Under the pieces are notes generated by a model. That model ran no database searches. It saw only the letters and a list, made by a program, of their open reading frames with translations, and had not been told where the DNA came from. Of a DNA stretch of 64,000 nt, positions 12,812-27,168 are shown one piece after another. The translations under genes were made by a program, and so were the position numbers. The DNA is taken from contig OZ024740.1 in assembly GCA_964016885.1 (NCBI GenBank), forward strand, positions 25,234,001 through 25,298,000, given 5' to 3'. Each line of letters opens with the position of its first letter. The first letter of the stretch is position 1. The stretch is from Eledone cirrhosa (taxonomy: Eukaryota).

Positions 12812-13656
12812 TATAAATTACAGAATGATCAAAACTATATCCAAAACATTTTATTGCTGTCAATCTTTTCTTCCAAACTTTCGTTTGGAATCATCGGAGC
12901 ACTAGCAAAGTTTAGACATATAGTTAACCTCCTATTCCACCGAACAATCGAAAAGATACATAGATGTTAAACCGTTAGACAGATCACTCTAGAACAACAT
13001 GAAACCTTGATAAGATTGTAATAGGACCAATATACAATCCATACTTGTAACTAATACTAAACATTTACTAAAATATAACCAATGTAATGGAAAGGAAAAC
13101 ATTAATATTAATACTCCCATCACATGCACATTTGAACATTACCGGAACTATTATCACATTGCATCCACCACATTTTTCATAGAAACTGATTTTCATACCC
13201 AAGCATCTCTGTCTGCTTAATAAGCTTTTATACCTGTATTGTATTATGTGATACCTTTGACATACTGTGATATATATGCTTAGTACCATTGCTTGTTTCT
13301 TACCTGGTTATTCTGTACATGGCTAACACATCTGCACTCTCTATACGCTTGCATATGTACTGCTAATGTCCTCGTTTTGCGAGTAACATTCCTCTTTAAT
13401 TCCTCTATAATTGTTGTATTATTCATTTATAATCTTTGTCGCATCCAATGATACTGACCACATCATCTTCACTCTTGCAATATGGCACTGTTAATGACAA
13501 CACTAACATCTATGGACCTTTACGATTGTTCTGTGAAATAGGAGGTTAATTATATGTTTAAACTTTGCTAGTGCTCCGATGATACCAAACGAACATTTGG
13601 AAGAAACGATTGTCAGCAATAAAATGTTTCTAATATAGTTTTGATTATTCTGTAAT

Positions 13657-13660
<4 letters not shown>
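12812..13660 (+). mobile_element. Non-coding PLE remnant with ~155 bp diverged inverted repeats
   Basis: 12812-12968 is the inverted match of 13504-13660. Each arm carries a hammerhead motif. Confidence 0.75.
13572..13618 (+). ncRNA. Type I hammerhead (U4C core)
   Basis: ugcu CCGAUGA ua CCAAA cgaaca UUUGG aa GAAA c gauu g UC agca. A degenerate inverted copy lies at 12855-12901. Confidence 0.65.
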
Positions 13661-13700
<40 letters not shown>

Positions 13701-13807
13701 CGAAGGAGGTGTGGTAAGGAACCAGATAGACCATAATGCACCAGATTACTCAGTCCAGAAATAGCCGTTGAAACGGCTTGAGCTCTGCCATCGGAGTCAA
13801 ACATTAT

Positions 13808-13847
<40 letters not shown>

Positions 13848-14091
13848 AATGGAAGTACAGCATAATCGAAGCTCTGGCTGCAGCCAAGCTAACGAATGCA
13901 ATCGGAATGTGCAGCTAATCACTCAATAAGCTATTTTACCTTAGAGTATTAACATTACCTTGAGACAGCTTTGCAAACTGAAGATTGAGACCGGTAAGCC
14001 AGCCGTAAGGACCAAAGCAACGAGAAAACTGACTGAGGATAACTTGGCAAACCTGGACCATTGCGTCGATATTATGCAATATCTCCGCTTA

Positions 14092-14159
<68 letters not shown>

Positions 14160-14161
<2 letters not shown>

Positions 14162-14672
14162 AATTTGTTTAGCAAGATTCTCTATCTATAAACGTGCGTT
14201 GAAACCGATATTGTTATGCTTTGGGAGGTTCATGTTGCCAATAAGAAACACACGCATCAGAAGCTTCAAGATAGTAAAGAATCATCTGTACTCCACCAAC
14301 ATGCTAAAAGAGAACATAAGGGTAAATTAGAGAACATAGAAATAAAAATAGAATCTACACACAGAAAAGACGCAATGTTTAGACAAATCACAGAGGCAAT
14401 AAACATAAATGAACTCCAACCAAAATTAAATAGAAAGGATGAATGGAATAGCAACATCACAACTTACAATTAAGGACAAAATGAAAACACACACACACAT
14501 AGAACAAACAACCAACCAGTAACATGTAAATAAACAAATATAAACACACACAGACACCCGGATGTAACACACGCGCAAACTAAGCACACAACACACACAA
14601 AAACAAGATGGCGTAGGACAGAACAAAGGATATATATATATATATATATTGTTATACTTGGGGAGGGTCATA
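14160..14672 (+). mobile_element. PLE family C, strongly 5'-truncated copy with inverted terminal piece
   Basis: 14260-14630 is nearly identical to 63660-63990 (LQDSKESSVLHQHAK...RQITEAINI, the GIY-YIG C-terminus). 14160-14257 matches 62718-62816. Confidence 0.88.
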
Positions 14673-14807
14673 TTTGTGTAATAATACTGCCAGAATTAAT
14701 AACAGAACACACTCACAATATTTGTTTCGACACAAGATTTCATATCAAAAACCTCGCCAAACTATATATATATATATATATATAGTAATAATAATAATAA
14801 TAATAAC

Positions 14808-17800
14808 GAAAATCGTAAAGACAAGAAAAATGAAAAGAAAAACAGACAGACAGAGAAGGAGAAAAAAAACAACTAAGTCAGACATTCAAATATTACATTA
14901 CAATGAAACTTATGCTTATTCTTTTTTTTTTTTTTTTTACCTAATTGTTTGTTTGTTTATTTATGTTCGTCTACAGCGTGATTGTGCCACACTAAAATCA
15001 CTGGGGGTGATGAAATCACCGGTGGTTATGTAACCATACATTCACCAATCCTCGATAAGATTGTTTAAATGTCGAACCTAAACAGTCCGAATAACGGTGA
15101 AGTGGGAATGGAATGTCATGTGACAGACTCTCACCCAGCAGGTGCTCCCTGGCTCAGCAGCAGGTATCTGGCTGTGAACCAAATACTGCTGGTGTCGGAG
15201 GAAGAAGAAGAAGGAAAGGGACCAGAACCAACTGGACGAAAGAATTGAATAGAACTGTTATGCAATGTTACCTGAAGAGTAACCCCAAGGAGAAAGGCTA
15301 TAGGAAACGGATGCATGACATCTGCAACGAGATTGGTCTATTTAAATTAGATGAACAAATATTGGCCGGGCAGGCTCGGGTAATAAGAACTAATGGGTGG
15401 TTAAGCGAGCTGGAACTGGAGGAACTGAGCAGAGAGATTAGGTTGGAAATGGAGAGTGGAGTATGCCAGGCAAACCAGCCAGTGGGAAATGATGGTGAAG
15501 AGGTTGAGAGAACGGAGGAACAATCCGAAGCAGACAATGATCTGAATGCTGAAATAAATAATACTTGGACCAAAGATACGGCCATTGAGGAGATGAATGC
15601 TGACGGGCCAGGACAATATTTAGTTGATATCCTAAACTTAGTGGTAGATGAATTGAACAATGATAGTGGGAAACCTATGAACCTAAGATTTGTAGACAGG
15701 AAAAAGTTAAAAGAAACAACAGCTAAGGTAAACAAAGTCATACCATACCTTGAGGCGAGGAGCCTTCACCAGTGCAACAATATCCTCAAAGCAACAGCAA
15801 ATGCGGTGAGGAAATTACTTGGCATAAAAGCGAGAGGAAACAACAAACAAGAAAGATCAGAAACTTGGTGGAAGAAACGACTGAATGGTCAAATCAGGGA
15901 AATGAGAAATGACATTGGAAAGCTTGAGTCCCTACTGAATGGGACACTAAAAAACATAGACACTAAAAATAGACTGGAAATAAAGTACAAAACTAGGAGG
16001 AAAAAGCTAAATATTATCATAGAGGAACTGAGGCAACGCATTGTAGCAAAGAGTGCAACAATTAGGCGATACGAGAGCAGAGTCAGTCAGTATAGACAGA
16101 ACCGCATGTTTGACAACAACCAGAAGATGCAGTTTGGACAGCTTGAAGGGAAAGAAAGAGGCAACGACTTGATCCCTGAGGCGTAACAAACTAAGACATT
16201 CTGGAGAGGAATATGGGAGAAGGATGATAAACATAATGACCAGGCAGTGTGGATTGAGACAGTACAAAATGAGATTAGTGAACAGGCACACCAACAAACT
16301 GATTTGAGTATCACAGTTGAAACTCTTAAGGGGCAGGCCAAAAAACTAACCAACTGGAAATCATCAGGCCCAGATTGTGTGCAGGGGTATTGGATTAAAA
16401 ATATAACATCCCTCCACCCGAAACTGACAACCATGTTCAATGACTGCTTGATGTCAGGTGAGGTACCAGAGTGGTTGACAAAAGGTACCACAGTTCTGAT
16501 AATGAAAGATCGAATCACGGGTAATGATGTTACCAACTATAAACCTATCACATGTCTCTCCGTAATGTGGAAACTGTTGACAAGAATTATGTCTGAGGAA
16601 ATCTACCATCACCTCCACACAAACAACTTGTTACCGGACGAACAGAAAGGATGCCGAAAGAAGTCCCGTGGTACAAAGGACCAGTTACTTATTGATAAGA
16701 TGGTAATGAGGCATTGCAAGAGGAGACACACTGGTCTTGCCATGGGATGGATAGACTACAAAAAGGCATTTGACATGGTGCCCCATTCTTGGATCCCCAA
16801 AAGCCTGGAGATCTTCAAGGTGGCAGATGACATCAGACAGTTGTTGGGCAAAAGTATGACGTCCTGGAAAACAGACTTAACATCAGCTGGAGAATCCTTG
16901 GGAAGCGTGAAGATCAAGAGAGGTATCTTCCAGGGAGATAGTCTGTCCCCTCTGTTGTTTTTCCTTGCCCTGCTGCCCCTGACCATTATACTGCGAAAAG
17001 TGAGAGCAGGATACAAGTTGGGAAAGGGAGAGCTTACCATCAATCACCTCCTCTTCATGGACGATCTTAAGCTCTTCGGGAAGAGTGAGAAGGAGTTGGA
17101 TGTGCTTGTTGACACTGTCCGTATTTTCAGCAATGATATATGTATTCAATTTGGTATTAGTAAGTGTGGAGCCATTGTGATGAGGAGGGGTAAGTTGAGC
17201 AGAAGTAACGGAATCCAGATACCAACAGGTGAGATGATTAAGGAAATTGACACTGAAGAAGGATACAAGTTTTTGGGTGTTCTGGAGGCTGATGACATCA
17301 AGAACAAAAAAATGAAGGAATTGATAAGATCTGAATACATTTGGAGAGTAAGAGCGTATTAAAGTCACACCTGAACAGTAGGAATGCCATAAGTGCAGTA
17401 AATTCCCGAGCTGTGTCTATTATTAGGTACAGTGCGGGAATTCTGAGATGGAATGTTGTTGAACAAAAAGAAATGGATAGGAAGACTAGGAAGCTATTGA
17501 CTATCTACAACATGTTCCACAAGTGGAGTGATGTCGATAGACTCTACTTAAAGAGATCTGAAGGTGGAAGAGGTATTATCGGCATAGAGGACTGTGTTCA
17601 GATGGAGAAAAACAACCTACACAAAAACGTGACTGATAGTAAGGAGCCAATGCTCAGAATTGTACTGAAGGAGAGGACAATAGACCAGGGGATGTCCAAG
17701 GAGGAAATAACAACAAGGAGAAAGAGCAGCCTTCATGAAAAATCCCTTCATAGTACCTTCTTTGAGAAAACTGAATTCAGAGATCTACAGACATGGAACT

Positions 17801-18569
17801 GGTTGAAAAGAGGAGACCTTAAAAAGGCTACAGAAGGAATGCTAATGGCTGCGCAAGAGAAGGCCCTCAAAACGAAGTGGTTGAAACACCATATTTACAA
17901 GGAGGAGGCTAGCCCACTGTGCAGGATATGTGGAGGGAGATAGGAGACTGTGGCTCACATTGTATCCGAGTGTAAGCACCTAGCCTAGACTCACTATAAG
18001 GGCTGGAGACATGATGTGATGAGCAGGGTGATCCACTGGCACTTATGCAAAGTAAAGAATTTACCACATTCTGAGAAGTGGTATGAGCATAAGCCAGAGT
18101 CGGTGATAGAAAACGATCAGGTGAAGGTGCTGTGGGATTTTAGGATACAGACGGACAAGAAACTGGATCACACTAGACCTGAACTGGTGGTTTTGGACAA
18201 GGAAAAAAGATCGTGCCTGATTGTGGATGTACCCTGCCCATTCGACACGAGAGTGCAAGAGAAGGAGAGGGAGAAAAATAACCGATACCAGGAATTAAAG
18301 TGGGAGGTAAAAAGGATTTGGAACTGCCATGAAGTCAAAGTGTTCCCTATTGTCATAGGCGCACTAGGTACTATCTCAAAAGGTTTCCAGGGATGGTAAA
18401 AGAAAATTGGCCCCGCCACGCTTTTTGGAACGCTTCGAAAGGCATGCTTGCTAGGTACAGCGAAAACCCTCCTATACGTCCTGAATATCTGAGGCTGCAG
18501 GTAGTGGCTTGATATTCATTTCAACAAACTTTCCAGTTAACTAACACCAATGACTGAGACTCAAAGAAC

Positions 18570-18570
<1 letters not shown>
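14808..18570 (+). mobile_element. R4/Dong-clade non-LTR retrotransposon, near full length, decayed
   Basis: Single RT-CCHC-RLE ORF with (TAA)n on both sides (14786-14808 and 18570-18623). The 5' boundary is approximate. Confidence 0.88.
15113..18492 (+). pseudogene. R4/Dong ORF: RT plus restriction-like endonuclease
   Basis: NWKSSGPD, EQKGC, WIDYKKAFD, GIFQGDSLSP, HLLFMDDLKL, CRICG..ETVAHIVSEC, RHD, LWDF.IQTD, RPELVV (PD motif altered), K..RY..L. Stop at 16184, frameshift at ~17350, further stops downstream. Confidence 0.92.
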
Positions 18571-18624
<54 letters not shown>

Positions 18625-18864
18625 TTTTCTTTATTAACCACAAGGGTTTACATAAAGTAGACATTAAGGACAGTACAGGACAATACAGGACGGTACAAAT
18701 GGGCATTTCCGCGTGTAAAAAACAGAGGATGTAATAAAATAACAAAGAAAAATTCCCCAATAGGGGGGAGACTTCCGAGGGACATTTGTGGAGAAAGCCC
18801 ATTAAAAGACCACAGTGACCCTGACCACCAGGACAAGTGCCCTCTCCCAGTTTTCCACCTTTAA

Positions 18865-21800
18865 TTTACAGACACATACTCAGAGAAGGCCCATTCATTC
18901 GGGCCATACTTGCTTCTCTCACCCATCTTTCAACAAAATGCTGGGAAGAGAGCACTTCCCTATCTACCCTGATTTTCCTTTTCAAATGAAATTTGAAAAA
19001 GTTAATCAGGGCATCAACGAAGAGGTAAGAGCTCGTCTTCAGCCCTTTCAAACGTGTCCACCATACTATCTCTTTCGCCATGGCCACCAGACAGGTAAAA
19101 ACTGCCTGCCCTTCCCGGCTAAAGGAAGAGGGCGGGGCATCCTCACGATGGGCTCAGACGATAGCCGGATCCATCCTACACGTGAGAGCAGGTGTTCGAC
19201 ATAAACCCACAAGTCAGCAATTTTCGGACACTGGACGAGTGAGTGCAGGACGATTTCATCACCCAGCGCGCATCTCGGACATGCCCGGCTGACGGCACCT
19301 CCATGCCTGTAGAGTTTATTCCGAACTGGCAAAGCTCCCCGGTAGCACTGCCAGGCCAAGGATTTCTGGAAGTTATCCATAGGCCCCGGCACGAAAGTCC
19401 TTCCGAAGAGATTGGCTAGTTGATTTTCGTCGACGCCTAGATTTTCTCCAAGTACGTCGTCGCACTTTCCCTCCGCTAATCCTCTATAGAACGCCGAGGT
19501 GGAGTTTCCACCGATCACATTGCCCGATTGGTCGAGGGCTGTGAGCGCCTGAATACATTCCAGTCGCCAAGCGCTCCCTCTCGGTCTTCGCTTGACCCAG
19601 GACTGCAGCTCCGTCAAGGAAACGAGCTGGGGAAATACGTGTCTAGCAAACGGCGACCACAACTGATCACCGTCGAGGAAGAGGTGGAGATGTCGTAGCC
19701 TGAGCGCGTGTCTGCGCATCATCAGCCACGGAATTCCCAGCCCTCCACGTAGCGGGTGTTGACAGCAGATGGACCGCCTGACCATCGGAGCGCGTCCCTT
19801 CCACAAAAAGCGAAAGAGCAAACGCTCCAGCGCAGTCAGGCGGGGCTTAGGACAAGGTACGACGGTCAGGCGGTAGCAGATGACAGACGCGATGTACGCG
19901 TTAGCCACCTCCGCTTGACCTTTCAGGGATAGCTTCCTCTCCGCCTATTTCTGGGTGAGAGAAGCCACCCTGCTCGTCACCTCGTCCCAGTTTTTGTCCG
20001 TCTGGAGGTCCGGACCGAACCAGACCCCTAGCAATTTAACTGGTCCATCCGTCCAGCGTCCGACGACGCTGTTGGACGGCATGGACCTGCCTCTCCAGGT
20101 GCCGCGCTGCAGGCCCACTGACTTTTCCTGGTTGATCACTGCTTCGTATTCTCTTAGTGTAGTGCCGATTGCCTCGATGTGTTTGGCGTTCGACACCACT
20201 ACGGTGACATCGTCCGCATATGCTGACATGGATCTTCCGCATTCTAGTTCGCGCGGGACCCCCCTCAACGTCTCCAGTTTGTGCAGTAATGGCTCAAGAG
20301 TCAATACGTACAAGAGGGACGAGAGGGGACATCCTTGGCGGACCGAGCGTATGATGTTGAACGGTTCCGAAAGGTGACCGTTCACTCTAACCACAGAGCA
20401 GATGTCGCTGTGCATGGCAGCGATCCAGCCTCTGAAGACGGGCCCAAAACCAGCCGCCCTCAGGACTGCTGCTAGATAACGATGGTCGACCCTATCGAAA
20501 GCTTTCGTGAGATCTAAGTTGATCAAGGACCCACCCGTGCCAGGTTCCCTAGCTATCCTCTCTACGATGTATCTCATGAGGTGGAGGTTGTCGTGGATGG
20601 ATCTGTCGGGAATGGCGCATGTCTGCGCCTCTCCCACCCGACCACCAACGACAAGCGCCAACCTCTCTGCTAGCAACTTGCCCAAAATCTTGAACTCTGT
20701 GTTTAGCAGAGTTATAGGCCTGAAATTATCTATGTTATCCCCCTTGTTCGGATCCTTTCTCAGCAGTGCCACAGCTCCTCGGCTCACAGAAATGGGAATT
20801 CTCCCGTTCTGTTGCCAGTTGCAGTAGACGTCCGCCAAGAGGCCTCCGAACCAGTCTGGCATTTGTACGTAAAGTTCATAGGGCAGACCAACCAAACCAG
20901 GCGATTTACCCCTTGCGCAGCCAGTAATTACCTCCCTTACTTCAGCGGCTGTTATCGGCTTTTCACAACACTCCGCCTCAGTGGCCGAGAGCCGCGGCAG
21001 TCCGTCGAGGTAGACACTAAAGTCCATCCCTCGATCCGGCCCACCGCTGCCCCCGAACAGCTGAGCGAAGTGTCGCTGAAAAGCTTCACACATTTTCCCG
21101 GGATCGAGTAGTCCACCAAAGACCGGACCCATTGAACAGCTTTCGTCCCCTCGTGTTTGAGAGCACGCACCCTAGCTCTGACAACGCAGCCTTCGTGCTT
21201 TGCATTGAATAATTGGACAAGGGCCAATTTCGCCGCAAGCACGTCGTTCGCAATGCCTTTGCTAAGCGCCTCGTCTAATTTTCTAAATAGTTCTCCCTCT
21301 GCTCTATTTTTCTCTATTGCTAAAGCCTTACTAAACCTAATGGATTCTATTCCAATCGCTCTTTTCAGAGCAAACAACCACTTGTTGTTGACGATGGCCC
21401 CCGTCAACGCTCGCTTAACTAGTTCGCTAATCCGATCTCTGTAGGCCCTGCGTGCTGGTAAGGACGCGTTTAGCTTCCAGTAGCCGGGTCCTCGTCTATG
21501 AAGCCTATCTAAGTCAAGCACACAGATCACGAATTTGTGGTCCGTGTAGCTGACTATCTTGAATTGTGGACAGCCTATGCTAGACCTATATATTTCCCTA
21601 CAAAATACTCTATCTAGATAATATCTGGATGACCCTATACGATTTGTCCAAGTACACATTGGCACATTCGGGAAATCCAATCGCTACCTGTCAGACAGTT
21701 CAAAACGCCTGAGCAGGTTGGTGAGGCTCTTGCACCCTCAACCCCTATCTGCTAATCCCACACAGTCCCAGCGTGCATCTAAGATCCCGTTCCAGTCGCC

Positions 21801-22217
21801 CACTAACACTAAAGAGCGGGACGTTCCAAGAAAGGTCTCCAGACGCCGGAAGAAATGAGGCCGCCCTGCTCCTGTCGGGGCATAGATGGCCACTAACCTG
21901 AAAGCGTGCCCGTCTCCGCTGGTCACGTCCAGCACCACCAACTTACCCTCTGGGTCCAGGAAGATGGCCCGTATGGCGAGATCCAAACCTCTCCGAAAAA
22001 GCACAGCAACACCTTCCCCCGATCCTGGACGGCTGGGAGATGCGTACACATCGTAGCCGCCGAAGATCGATGGAAGGCCCGTGCTTCGGAGATTCTGGTC
22101 TCGCTGATGGCCACTACATCTATGTTTAGTGAGCTGAGGTCGTTGAGCAGGTGACCCTGCTTCCATGACGACCCCAAGCCACGCGCATTTATGCTGCCTA
22201 TTCTGAGTGAGGTCATG
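18865..22217 (-). pseudogene. Tx1 ORF2 (APE-RT-CCHC)
   Basis: MTSLRIGSINARGL, GPGYWKLN, NFRPITLLN, KAFDRVDH, VRQGCPLS, YADD, CPRC...HSLVQC. Frameshifted. Confidence 0.93.
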
Positions 22218-22249
22218 TTTAAAATAGAGTGGAAAAGATGGGAAAGACC

Positions 22250-24419
22250 ACTTACCGTACTTTTCGTAGAGGAAGGATGGTTTTTCCATCCCTTTTCACT
22301 TGATCGTCTGGTGAAGGGACCGTTGAATCGTCCCTTCGGCTGGTCGTCTGCTCTTCTATGAGTATGTCCGAATATACTCTTCGGTGGAGAGTCCCTCCTA
22401 GGTCTCTGAAATCACCAACTGCGTTGGGAATTTCGTTTTAATGATTGTGTATTGTTTCTGTGCTATTTTTAGCAGTCTTATGTTAGTTGGCGTTTTGATT
22501 GGTGCTGGTATTATGTAGTCGTGCTGTAAAATGTCTGTGTTCAATTATGTAAGTCATTAGTTTCTTGTTGTGTGTATTTATTGCCGTGCATTTGTTTTTC
22601 TGGGGGTGGGGTGTGCTTCTGTTATGTTCTTGTCGTTGTTGCTGGGTATGTGTGTTTTGTTGTTGTGTCTGCGATGTTGGTGCTTGTGGTGGTGGTGTTG
22701 CAGGTGTTGTTGTTGTTGTTGGCGGTGGGGTTTTTCGCCGGTGGTGATGGTGGTGCTAGTGTGGGTGGTGATGGTGTTGGTGGTGTTGCTGCTGTGAGTC
22801 TCTTTGTAGTAGCCTTTACCTTTTTTCATTTCTTTCCTCCCTTTTCGAAGGCGACGATGCGCTGCTTCTGCGTTTGTGCCTTCTTACGACCTTTTGCAAT
22901 CCCTCTCCCACCTCAAACTCCATGTCTGATTCTGTGAGGTCGGGGAGGGGTACTCTTTCACTTGTTGTTGTTGGTGATGTTTGCACTGGAGTCTCTGTTG
23001 CAGCTGCATTTGGTATTACTGTTGTTGTTGTTAATACTTCCACTGCTGCTGCTGTTTTTGATTTCCGTGGCGTGGGTAAGGGTGCCACGGACCTATCGTT
23101 CCTGGTTGCCGCTTTTCCTGTTGCTGATAGCCGTGGAGCCGGTTTCGGAAGGAGGGTTGAGGGGTTATCCTATCTCAGGGTCTTCTCGTTGCAGAAGGCC
23201 CTGAGGTAAGTCTTCGATCCACAGCGAAAGCATTTCGGGCGATTGCCCTCAACACTTATGGGCAGTTGAGTGCCGTTATCGAAGTCTATCACATCCGGGA
23301 TAGCTTCGATGCACTCCTGGTTGGTTTGGATTAACATCTCAATGGAGGTGCCGACACAATCTTCTCTTACTTTTTTCTGTACTTGCAGTACAGTTGTTTT
23401 GTCCTCGATTCAGACGAGGACAGACGCGGCTAGCCAAAAAGGGGCCATTCGGGGGGGGGGGGTCAGTTTGACCCTCGCAACTTTTTGCCCGCAGTAGGAG
23501 GGCACCAACACCATTTCCTCGCTCCTTAGGGTCACTAAGGATTGAGCCTTTGCCTCCTGGGGTGTGGCAAAATGTACGTCTACGGTGGCATATTTCTTGC
23601 CTCGGGTGATGTGCGTTTTCCGCTGCCACAAAGACCCCAAGGCTTTTTGTATTTGAGCCTCTGTGGCTCTTTCAACCCTACGGGATTTTGTACTTACTGT
23701 ACGGTACGTGACCGTACAGTGCTGTTGGGTTTCGAAAAATGTTTCGGCTGCCTTGCAGATTGTTCGGTGTCCGCTTTTCGTCACCATCTTCTTCGCTTCC
23801 TGTAATTCTTCATTTGTTATGAGGATGGTTTCCAGGTTCTTTGCGATACCTGCAAATGAGATGGTTTTTCTTTGCTGCTGTTGTTGTCGTTGTTGTTGTC
23901 GTCAGAGCTGCTGTTACCTTTGTTGTTGCTGCAAGTACTACGACTACTGCTGCCGCCACTGTTGCTGTGGTTGTTATTGTTGCTGCTGCTGCTGCTGTTG
24001 TTGTTGCTGTTGCTGCTAATACTGTTGTTGTTTATGCTGCTGCTGATGCTGTTGCGGCTGCTACTGTTGTTTTCCTTGTCACTGTTGCTGCTGCTGCTGT
24101 TATTACGGCTGCTACTGCTATTATTCCTAACGTCAGACGAATGAAATGGGTTTTCGTATTTCCCGCACACCTTCTTCGTCGTTGTCGTCGTCGTCGTGGA
24201 GAAATCTTGCAGGCTTTGCACGTGATTTTTCTTTACTGGCGTCGCTTGCGAAAGAGAAGGGAGGGAGAGAGACACATTTAGAGAAGGGAGGGAGGGAGAC
24301 AATCTTCTCTCTGGTGTAGTGACGATTGAGGAAGAAGAAGACGGAATGAGGGGGAGTGACTTGTGAAAATTCTTTTTCGTAGGCATGTTTTTTTTTGGTT
24401 TAAAAAAAATATTGGGCAC
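22250..24419 (-). pseudogene. Tx1 ORF1, frameshifted
   Basis: CTVTYRT..KSRRVERA..QIQ.AL matches ORF1 of copy 1. Knuckle remnant CFRCGSKTYLRAFC at ~23190-23235. Long CAG/AAC low-complexity tract. Confidence 0.75.
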
Positions 24420-24601
24420 AAAACCCCAATAAGCGGTTATTTAACCCCGAAGGGCCAAATAACGGGCAGAAAGACCCCTCTCACGAGGAGGAAGGTGTTT
24501 TTGTCTACAATTTGGTTAAAGTTTTAAAAAATTTACAATTGTTATATCGGTCAAAATATACAATACCTTACAGAGCCGAGCCTCCGTCAACTATAGCATT
24601 C

Positions 24602-24632
<31 letters not shown>

Positions 24633-24644
24633 GTAATAATATAT

Positions 24645-24831
<187 letters not shown>

Positions 24832-25275
24832 TGTGTGTATATGTCGGTGGGAATGTATGTGTCTGCTTTTTCCTGCTGCTGTTACATATATGTCGTGATG
24901 CAACCGACATATGATAAAATGATTTGTAACCATGGAAATTCGGTGTTTTCATGTCGTATCTCTAGAAAGATGTCGTTTGTTTCTTAAACAGTTATTAGAG
25001 CACTGGGAAGAGTTCGTTGATTGTTTTAGAAACCAGACGACGGGCAAGATTCATCATTATTGGTTTGCTTGATTTTCGGAGGAAATAATAGTTGCTGACA
25101 AGTCCAAATCTAATAAATGTAATATTTACATAAAGAATATAGAGTGCAGATAGATATAAACATACGAAAATTATGTACACGCAGATAAATATACATCTTT
25201 CTAAGTAGATATTTCCCTCTAACTCCCCCTCTCTCCCTCTCACTGTCCCTTTCTTTCTCTCATCATCATCGTATG

Positions 25276-25314
<39 letters not shown>

Positions 25315-25899
25315 TATATACATCAAATTACAAAATATGAGGAAATAATAGACAAAAATATACCTATTTTTTCTTAAAAGTCTCGACTGCAGTTTCCCCT
25401 ATGCGTGTGCAACATTGTGCATTACAAAAATGCATCATCGTTGTGAGGCAAATCGGCTTTTCAAGAAACACCTCACGAAAAAGGACTGTTTCTTGACGCG
25501 CTGGTAGCAAGTGAGAGTATCTCTATAGGCGGAGGAAGGAATTAACACGTAATACATTGGTCAAGAAAAAGGACTTTCTTTTGGAGCAAGTGAAAATATC
25601 TCAATATGTGAAAATATGTCAAACTGACACAGACAGGTATTAGGCTTGACAGAGAGTGAATAATGTATTTGCTAGAAAAGTCAGTAAATACACTCCTGGT
25701 TAACTCGACCATAGGGGAGTTTGAGACAATACAATAATAAAATACACACACAAGTATATGTGTGTGTGTGCTGTTCGCTATAACAAGTTTTGATCGATGA
25801 CCAAAAGAGCTAAAATAATCAAAATAATTAAAATAACTCGATAATCAGAGCTATTTATCAAATTACAAAATCTATCATGTGACGCTAAATACCGCTAGT

Positions 25900-26090
25900 T
25901 GCAGACTGCGCATCAACATGAGATATCTCTCTCTACAAAGTTCAATGACCAGCAACAGGGTTCAAAGAGCAAAGATCAAGTTCAGTCCATAACTTGACAT
26001 TATCAAACCATCGTTTTGGCTGCCGGCCTCTACTTCTCCTACCAGCCAACCTTCCTTCCAGTCATAACCTACTCACACCATGAGTTGATC
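25900..26090 (-). mobile_element. Old RTE-like LINE 3' fragment
   Basis: Minus strand translates EGRLAGRRSRGRQPKRWFDNVK, matching the RTE C-terminal G.R.RGR...RW.D pattern. Confidence 0.6.
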
Positions 26091-26124
26091 TTTTTATATA
26101 GCTGTATAGTTTGAGCACTATTGA

Positions 26125-26385
26125 CTTGACGATTGATAATCGCATCGCTCTAGGTTGGGCAGCTTTCCACAAGAACAAGGAAGTACTAACATCAAAGCGA
26201 GTTTCCTATCATTTGAAGGCTAAGGTCTTTGAGACATCCTAACAGTTGAGTTATATGGTCTTGACGACAAGTTCACTTCAGAAGCTCTCTATATTCCAGA
26301 AACACATATAAGACTTATGACTGGCAAGCGGCTCAGCGACCGCCTCTGTATCAGAGAGCTGCTCAACATTACCAAACTTAGACGT
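26125..26385 (+). mobile_element. Old RTE-like LINE fragment (RT thumb)
   Basis: Translates IDNRIALGWAAFHKNKEVLTSKRVSYHLKAKVFET...YG. Confidence 0.65.
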
Positions 26386-26476
26386 CAATTAGAAAATATG
26401 AGGAAATAATCGACAAAAATAATTCCATTTTTTCTTGAAGTTATTGAGTACCTTTTTCGAACAATATATATATATA

Positions 26477-26767
26477 TAACAGATTAAAGTTTAAGCAACT
26501 AATCATTGCTTTCACCCTTAACGGGATTTTCTGAAACTAAAAACATCAATCTGTGGACGCAGAACTAAACGTATTTACTTCTGCGTCCACAAATTGATTT
26601 TTTTAGTTTCAGAAGATCCCGTTAAGGGTGAAAGCAGCGATCATTTGCTTAAACTTTAATTTGTTATTTTAATAAATATTTGCTCTGTGGTTTTTAGATA
26701 TTTGATATATATATATATTATCCTTATCGAGCCCTCTTCGGATTTTAGTCTTCACATTTCTTATTAT

Positions 26768-26770
<3 letters not shown>
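26477..26770 (+). mobile_element. Family A fold-back mini-element (two inverted pLTR ends plus extension)
   Basis: 26477-26565 is inverted at 26578-26668. Hammerhead at 26605-26655. The family A extension follows. Confidence 0.85.
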
Positions 26771-26826
<56 letters not shown>

Positions 26827-27099
26827 GGATAATAGATGGATTATCGATGGGTATACGGAAGGGACCACAGTTTCACAAGATACTCAACAACTTTGTACAG
26901 AATAGGTATCTTCATTTTATATATAAATGACTTCTAAGAAACCACAAATAACGATACCGACCAATCATGTCTGACTTTTCTCATGACCTCATACTTATGA
27001 CACAGTTCTTGATCCGTTATCTTCATAATACACACACACAAACACACACACATATATATACATATGTATGTAAACATATATGAATTTGCATACACACAC

Positions 27100-27162
<63 letters not shown>

Positions 27163-27168
<6 letters not shown>

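Larger units (their letters stand above)
18570..24601 (-). mobile_element. Second Tx1-clade LINE, near full length, decayed
   Basis: ORF2 and 3' UTR are closely similar to 5305-8692. The (ATT)n tail is shared with the Dong (TAA)n tract. The 5' end abuts (AAT)n at 24602-24640. Confidence 0.92.
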
